Assembly: GCA_964016885.1 (NCBI GenBank)
Contig: OZ024741.1
Span: 382,168,001 to 382,232,000, forward strand
Source: Eledone cirrhosa
Taxonomy: Eukaryota
Direction: 5' to 3'
Length of the DNA stretch: 64,000 nt
Position numbers and translations under genes: made by a program. Below, piece by piece: positions 56,311 to 64,000 of the stretch. Every line of letters starts with the position of its first letter. The first letter of the stretch is position 1. Below the pieces are notes generated by a model. That model ran no database searches and had not been told where the DNA came from. It worked only from the letters and a program-made list of their open reading frames with translations.

Positions 56311-59300
56311 ATAGTTTCATTTATCTTGCTTTATGTTCATACGAGTTATCACCCAGTCACAACCATTGACCTCAAGAGACAACATACATACACACACATG
56401 CATCTTTAGGTGTTTAGTCTTGTGATGTACTTATATTGACAGAATCTTCCTTAGTATATTGGCAGTTCCCATTAGAACTATCTTTTGTATTTCTCCTATA
56501 CGCGGGTTTCCTGGGATTTGCGATAAGTAATCATTAGACCCCTTAGGTATCATTGCTAGAGCGCCTACAACCACTGGTATTGTTTTAGTTCTCAATTTCC
56601 ACATTTTTCCAATGTCTATCTCCAGGTCCTTATACTTGCTCAATTTTTCAAATGTTTTTATAGATACGTTCTTGTCTATTGGAACGGACATATCAATTAG
56701 CAGGCATACCCTCTTTTTAAAGTCCTTCAGTATTATATCAGGTCTATTTGCATCTATGTTTCGGTCTGTTTGGATGCTAAAGTTCCATAAGATTGGGATG
56801 TGATATATTTCAAGTATGGGAGGTGGTTGATACTCCCACCAATTCTTTTGATGGGGCAGGTCAAAATGCTTACACATCATCCAATGTATGTATTGTCATT
56901 CGGTTGGAATTCGGTTGGAATTATAGGACTGCACATTGAGATTATATGAGCAATGGTCTCCAGTTGTATTTTACATACACGGCATAATGGGTTTCATCCA
57001 TTTTTTATTATGTAAGCTTGGTAATTTTCTGTTGGCAGACACTGATCTTGTGCTGATATAATCAGTCCTTCAGTCTCCGATTTCAGTCCAGAGGATGCCA
57101 ACCACTGATGGGCTAACATTTTGTCAACATCAGGATTGTTAGCTTTTTCTGGGTATTTTCCATACAGAGGCTTTTCTCGCCATTTCTTAGCCAGCTTCTG
57201 TAGCAGTTCTTTCTTTGCAGTTACTTTTACCTGCTTTGCTTTTTCTGTGTTTTCCATTTCAGCAGTAAAGGGGACTTCTGAAATTTGTAGTCAATTACTG
57301 TATCTTTGTTCATCTTTTGTAATGGAGTATGATCTTTTGATGCTTTCGTGTTTCAAAACGAGTTTGATCATCCAATCATGTGACTCCCTTAGATATGTAG
57401 ATAATCCAATTGTTGCAGTTTTCACCGCAATATCTACCTGGATTAACCCACGTCCTTCTTCTTTCCTGGGGATATATATTCTATCTGTATCTGCCTTAGG
57501 GTGATGCATTCTGTGCATGGTTAAGAATTTTCGAATTTTTGTATAGAGCCAACGTATCTCTGTGCTTGACCAGTTGATGACATTGAAACTGTAAGTTGCT
57601 ACTGGTATGGCAAGCGTGTTTATGGCATCGATCCTATTCCTTGCATTCAATTCCGTTCTTAAGATTGCTCTTACTCTGCAGTAACATTTTTTCCTTATCC
57701 TTTCCCTCATTGTCGAGTGCTTGATTCAGTCTCCTTCACAAACACCTAGATATTTGTAAGTTTCATCTTGATCAAGTTCTTTCATCACATTCCCCCGATC
57801 AAGACTACTGTCTGAACTTTTCAGCAGCTTTCCTCTGATGAACGTTGCTTTGGCGCATTTATCTAGTCCAAACTCCAGTTTAATGTCATCACTGAACTGC
57901 TCCACCGTGGATAATAGCCCTTGTATTTGTTCATCATTTTTTGCAAATAGTTTCATGTCATCCATGTAGAACAAGTGATTAATGGTTTTGACATAGACTT
58001 TATATCCATGTTTTGTTTCATTGAGCATTTTACTTAATGGTATAAGTGCGATGCAGAATAAAAGCGGTGATAAAGAGTCACACTGAACAATTCCACAATT
58101 AATATTAACTTCTCTATCTTCCAGTGATTTTATTTTCACTATTCTAAAGGAGTGTCGTTTTCCATGTCTTCATACTGAATGACAGGAACCTCCTGACAAC
58201 GGGATAAATTTTGAAAATCTCTAAACATTTTTGAATCCAACTGTGTTGCAAACTATCGAATACTTTTTTATAATCTATCCAAACAATTGATAGATTTGTG
58301 TGTATATTATGACAATCTTCCAGTATCATTTTGTGAACCAAAATCTGATCCTTAAATAGGTCATTTGTTATCATGTGGTCATATCTATATTCAGTTAGGA
58401 CTGATTTTAACATTTTATACATCGTGGTCAAGCAAGTTATCGTTCTGTAATTTTTGGGATTGTTTGTCTCATCATTCTTCGGAAGCAGGAATGTAATGCC
58501 GTTAACTAGCCATGATGGTATCGTTTCTGGCTCCTTAACTATTTCATTGTAAAGCTCATCACTCTCTGTGACGGCATTTATCCAAAAACTTGGTATTTTG
58601 TCTTTTCCTAGCGATTTCCATTTGCTGGTTTTTCTAAGAGCCAAATGCAACTATTCAACTGTTATATTTTCCCATATTTGTACCTCAAGGTGAGCTGTAT
58701 CTTTCATTTGTCTGTCTGTCCATGGGGCATGTATATTATGAACTTTTTCTTCTGCCCATATCTTTTCCCAGAATTCTTGCACTTCTTCCTTGGGTGGTAT
58801 TGATTTAGCAGTTATTGTTGACTTGCCAATTTTTCTGTAGAACTTTCTTTGGTTGTTTTTGAACATATTATAGTATTTATAGAATCTCGATCGTTTTTCA
58901 AAGCGCCTTGTACGAGCAGCTTTGGCCGACACTTTTTGCTTGATTATTTCTATCAGCATGTCTATGTCACTTGTTGATTTTATACTGTATTTTCTTTTCA
59001 ATTTTCGAAGTTTAGTTTGTCTAACATGTTCACCTACTTTATAGTTTGTTAAAATTTCTATGTCAGATCGGAGAAGGTTTATTTGGCGATTTATGTTCTC
59101 TTGCCAAGTAGATTTCCTGTTAGAATGCCTTTGTTTTTTTTCATTTTCACTCCTCATAAGTGAGTGGTGACTTTAGCCGATGCATAATATAGATGATTTA
59201 AATCAGTAATGTTTAGTTTGTTTGTGCTGATAATGTTTTTGAGAATTATGTTAATCTTGTGTATTATCTTTTGGTTCTGTTTGGAGTTCTGGATCTTAGG

Positions 59301-59638
59301 GAGAGTGTCTCGTTCCCCCATGTCAGATTCTTTCATTTTCATCCATTCGATCATAATTTCATCCTTTCAGTTGGCAAGTTCATTCTCATTCATTTCTTTA
59401 TCATTTACGATATCTTTGTTTTCATTTTGAGTTTCATCTTGAGCATCCACTCCCTCCACTTTTTCGATCCTTTCTTTAAATTGTTCTGTTGTCAGTGATT
59501 CCGTCCCAACCCTCGGATTCGAAGTGTTACAATTTATCTCGTTTTCACTGACACATGTTTCATTTTCCCTTCGCGGACTTTGTGCTAACAGCTTGATCTG
59601 ATCAATTTCTATATCAGTTAGTAACCTTTTTGTTAACA
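56311..59638 (-). mobile_element. R4/Dong-type family A, copy 3 (decayed)
   Basis: Colinear with 1673-5050; multiple deletions and stops; TAA-type tracts at both ends. Confidence 0.92.
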
Positions 59639-59667
59639 ATATTATTATTATTATTATTATTATTATT

Positions 59668-60015
59668 GTTGTTATTCCTTGAATCTCAGTCATTGATGTT
59701 GGTTAACTGGAAAGTCCGTTGGATTGAATATCAAGCCACTACCTGCAGCCTCAGATATTCAGGACGTATCGGAGGGTTCTTGCTGTTCCAAGCAAGCATG
59801 CCTTTTGAAGCGTTCCAAAAAGCGTGAAGGGGCCGATTTTCTTTAACCATCCCTGGAAACTTTTGGAGATAGTCCCCAGTGCGCCTATGACAATCGGGAT
59901 CACTTTGACTTCATGGCAGTTCCAAATCCTTTTCACCTACCATTTTAGGTCCTGGTATCGGTTAATTTTCTCCCTCTCCTTCTCTTGCACTCTCGTGTCG
60001 AACGGGCAGGCCACA
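59668..60015 (-). mobile_element. R4/Dong-type family B, 3' fragment
   Basis: Matches 5295-5642; (TAA)n at 59639-59667 and 60016-60041. Confidence 0.92.
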
Positions 60016-60041
60016 ATTATTAATATTATTATTATTATTAT

Positions 60042-62711
60042 TTGCATTTATCTTGCTTTATGTTTATACGAGTTATCACCAAGTCACAACCAGTGACCTC
60101 AAGAGACAACAAGGTCCGCCATGTTCAAGAAAGAACATACATATTCACACATGCATCCTTAGTGTTTAGACTTGTGATGTACTTATATTGACAGGATCTT
60201 CCTTAGTATATGGGCAGTTCCCATTAGTACTATCTTTTGTATTTCTCCTATACGCGGGTTTCCTGGGATTTGCGATAAGTAGTCGTTAGACCCCTTAGGT
60301 ATCATTCCCAGAGCGCCTACAACCACTGGTATTGTTTTAGTTCTCAATTTCCACATTTTTCTGATTTCTATCTCCAGGTCCTTATACTTGCTCAATTTTT
60401 CAAATGTTTTTATAGATACATTCTTGACTATTGGAACAGACATATCAATTAGCAGGCATACCCTCCTTTGAAAGTCCTTCAATATTATATCAGGTCTATT
60501 TGCATCTATTTTTCGGTCTGTTTGGATGCTAAAGTTCCACAAGATTGAGATGTGATCTTTTTCAAGTATGGGAGGTGGTTGATGCTCCCACCAATTCTTT
60601 TGATGGGGCAGGTCAAAATGCTTACACATTATCCAATGTATGTATTGTGCAGCTCTGTCATGCCTGTTTAGGTATTCGTTTGGAGCTATAGGACTGTACA
60701 TTGAAATTATATGGTCAATGGTCTCTGGTTGTTTTTTGCATACACGGCATAATGGGCTGCACCCATTTTTTATTATGTTGGCTTGGTAATTTTTTGTTGG
60801 CAGACACTGATCTTGTGCCGATATAATCAGTCCTTCAGTCTCCGATTTCAGTCCAGAGGATGCCAACCACTGATGGGTTAAAGTGTTGTCAACATCAGGA
60901 TTGTTAGCTCGCTCTGGGTATTTTCCATACAGAGGCTTTTCTTGCCATTTCTTAGCCAGTTTCTGTAGCAGTTCTTTCTTTGCAGTTACTTTTACCTGCT
61001 TTGCTTTTTCTGTGTTTTCCATTTCAGCAGTAAATGGGACTTCTGAAATTTGTAGTCCATTACTGTATCTTTGTGCATCTTTTGTAATGGAATATGATCT
61101 TTTGGTGCTTTCGTGTTTCAAAACGAGTTTGATCATCCAATCATGTGATTCCCTTAGATATGTGGATAATCCAGTTGTTGCAGTTTTCAACGCAATGTCT
61201 AACTGGATTAACCCACGTCCTCCTTCTTTCCTAGGGAGATATATTCTATCTATGTCTCCCTTAGGGTGATGCATTCTGTGCATGGTCAAGAATTTTCGGA
61301 TTTTTGTATCGAGCCTACGGATCTCTGTGCTTGACCAGTTGATGACATTGTAACTGTAGGTTACTACTGGTATGGCAAGCGTGTTTATGGCATCGATCCT
61401 ATTCCTTGCATTCAATTCCGTTCTTAAGATTGCTTGGACTCTGCGGTAACATTCCTTCCTTATCCTTTCCCTCATTGTCGAGTGCTTGATTCCGTCTCCT
61501 TCACAAACACCTAGATATTTGTAAGTTTCATCTTGATCAAGTTCTTTCATCACATTCCCCCGATCAAGACTACTGTCTGAACTTTCCAGCAGCTTTCCTC
61601 CTGTGAACGTTGCTTTGGCGCATTTATCCAGTCCAAACTCCATTTTAATGTCATCACTGAACTGCTTCACAGTGGATAATAGCCCTTGCAATTGTTCATC
61701 ATTTTTTTGCAAATAGTTTCAGGTCATCCATGTAGAACAGGTGATTAATGGTTTTGTCATAGACTCTATATCTATGTTTTGTTTCATTGAGCATTTTACT
61801 TAATGGTATAAGTGCGATACAGAATAAAAGCGGTGATAAAGAGTCACCCTGAAAAATTCCACAATTAATGTTAACTTCTCCAGCTTCCAGTGATTTTGTT
61901 TCACTATTCAAAAGGAGTGTCGTTCTCCATGTCCTCATACTGAATGACAAAAACCTCCTGACAACGGGGGATATTTTGAAAATCTCTAAACATTTTTCAA
62001 TCCAACTGTGTGGCAAACTATCAAATGCTTTTTTATAATCTATCCAAGCAATCGATAAATTTTTGTGTCTATTATGACAATCTTCCAGTATCATTTTGTT
62101 AACCAGAAGCTGATCCTTACAGCCATATGAGCCTCGTTTACACCCTTTCTGCTCAATGGGAAATAGGTCATTTGTTATCAGGTGGTCATATGTGTATTCA
62201 GTTAGGACTGATGTTAAAATTTTATACATTGTGGTCAAGCAGGTTATCGGTCTGTAATTTTTGGGATTGTTTGTCTCATCATTCTTCGGTAGCAGGAATG
62301 TAATGCCGTTAACTAGCCATGATGGTATCTTTTCTGGCTCCTTAACTATTTCATTGTAAAGGTGGGCTAACAGCTCATGAGACTCTGTGAAGGCATTTAT
62401 CCAAAAGTTTTGTATTTTGTCTTTTCCTGGGGATTTCCATTTGCTGGTTTTTCTTAGAGCCAAGCGCAGCTGTTCAACTGTTATATTTTCCCATGTTTGT
62501 TCTTCAAGGTGAGCTGTTTCTTTCATTTGTCTGTCTATCCATGGGGCATGTATGTTATGAACTTTTTCTTCGGCCCGTATCTTTTCCCAGAATACTTGCA
62601 CTTCCTCCTTGGGTGGTATTGATTTAGCAGTTATTGTTGACTTACCAATTTTTCTGTAGAAGTTTCATTGGTTGTTTTTGAACATATTATTGTCCTTATA
62701 GAATCTAGATC

Positions 62712-62712
<1 letters not shown>
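60042..62712 (-). mobile_element. R4/Dong-type family A, copy 4 (5'-truncated, best preserved)
   Basis: ORFs 61699-62601 and 60183-61712 differ by one frameshift in an A run; RT, CCHC (last Cys>Tyr), RLE; (TAA)n 62713-62759 at the 5' end. Confidence 0.93.
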
Positions 62713-62759
<47 letters not shown>

Positions 62760-62993
62760 GAATGCCATGGTTGACGGAGGCTCGGCTCTGTAAGGTATAG
62801 TAATTTTTAACCGTTAAAACAATTGTAAATTGTTTAAAACTTGAACCAAATTGTTGATAAAGACACCCTCCTCCTCGTGAGAGGGGTCTTTCTGTCCGTT
62901 ATTTGGCCCTTCGGGGTTAAATAATCAGTTATTGGGGTTTTGTACCCAAAATTTCATTTTAAGCAAAAAAACATGGCTACCAAAAAAAAAAAA
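62760..62993 (+). other. Structured segment ending in poly(A); probable 3' end of a truncated retroelement
   Basis: Tandem hairpins with GUGA and cUUCGg tetraloops, then A12 at 62982-62993. Confidence 0.4.
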
Positions 62994-64000
62994 TTTCATA
63001 CGTCACTCCCACTCATTCCGTCTTCTTCTTCCTCAATCATCACTACAGGAGAGAGAAGATTGTCTCTCTCCCTCCCTTCTTTAAATGTGTCTCTCTCCCT
63101 ACCTTCTCTTTCGCAAGCGACGAAAGAAAAGAAAAGTCTCGTGCAAAGCGTGCAAGGTTTCTCCACGACGACGACGACAGCGACGAAACAGGTGTGCGGG
63201 AAATACGAAAACCCAGTTCATTCGTCTGACGTCAGGAATAATAGCAGTAGCAGCCGTAATAACAACAGCAACAGTGACAATGAAAACAACAGTAGCAGCC
63301 GCAACAGCATCACCAGCAGCATAAACAACAACAGCATTAGCAGCAGCAACACCAACAACAACCACAGCAACAGCGGCGGAGGCAGTAGTCGTAGTACCTG
63401 CAGCAACAACAAAAGTACCAGCAGCTCTGACGACAACAACAACAGCAGAGAAAAACCAATCTCATTTGCAGGTATTGCGAAAAACCTGGAAACAATCCTC
63501 ATAACAAATGAGGAATTAGAGGAAGCGAAGAAGATGGTGACAAAGAACGGACACCGAGCAATCTGCAAGGCAGCGAAAAATTTTTTCGAAACCCAAGAGC
63601 ACTGTACGGTCACGTACCGTACAGTAAGTACAAAGTCCCGTAGGGTGGAAAGAGCCACAGAGGCCCAAATACAAAAAGCCTTGGGGTCTGTGTGGCAGAG
63701 GAAAACGCACATCACCCGAGGCAAAAAATACGCCACCGTAGACGTACTTTTTGCCACACCCCAGGAGGCAAAAGGCCCAATCAGTAGTGACCCTAAGGAG
63801 CGAGGAAATGGTGTTGGTGCCCTCCTACTGCGGGCAAAAAATTGTGAGGGTCAAACTGACCCACGTCCCCCCCGGAATGACCCCTTCTTGGCTGGCCGCG
63901 TCTGTCCTCGTCGGAATCGAGGACAAAACAACTGTACTGCAAGTACAGAAAAAAGTAAGAGAAGATTGGGTCGGCTCCTCCATTGAGATGCTAATCCAAA
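62994..64000 (+). mobile_element. Probable 5' region/ORF1 of an L1/Tx1-type element (Ser/Asn low-complexity stretch, then globular region; frameshift near 63775)
   Basis: Long open frame 62940-63986 with KPISFAGIAK motif resembling the SYA..A motif of LINE ORF1s; no ORF2 within the window. Confidence 0.5.

Noticed and set aside
62940-63986. 348-aa ORF as a host gene
   Set aside because: It starts within a poly(A)/UTR-like segment, is low-complexity, intronless and apparently frameshifted; a retroelement ORF1 fits better, though this is unproven.

Overview
Eukaryotic, AT-rich, microsatellite-dense DNA, most likely cephalopod (octopus-like SINEs and repeat landscape; organism is my inference). 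I found no intact host gene. The window is dominated by retroelements: (1) two head-to-tail arrays (1-7478 and 56311-62759) of two R4/Dong-type restriction-like-endonuclease non-LTR families, each copy separated by (TAA)n; (2) three copies of an RTE-type LINE in (TA)n tracts, one with a textbook twin-priming 5' inversion, plus a non-autonomous RTE derivative; (3) many Penelope-like (RT/GIY-YIG) remnants whose ends form asymmetric fold-back inverted repeats and carry about 15 minimal hammerhead-ribozyme motifs from several sequence families; (4) tRNA-derived SINEs, Tx1/L1 fragments and a CRE-like fragment. Most interesting: a recurrent palindrome architecture (one arm with a 3' tail, the other ending at an internal site next to (TA)n) that suggests two-ended priming from TA microsatellites; the hammerhead density; a 3' stem-loop shared by the two TAA-targeting families; and mosaicism plus a shared in-frame TGA among Dong-like copies. 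All alignments and folds were done by eye, so boundaries may be off by a few bases.
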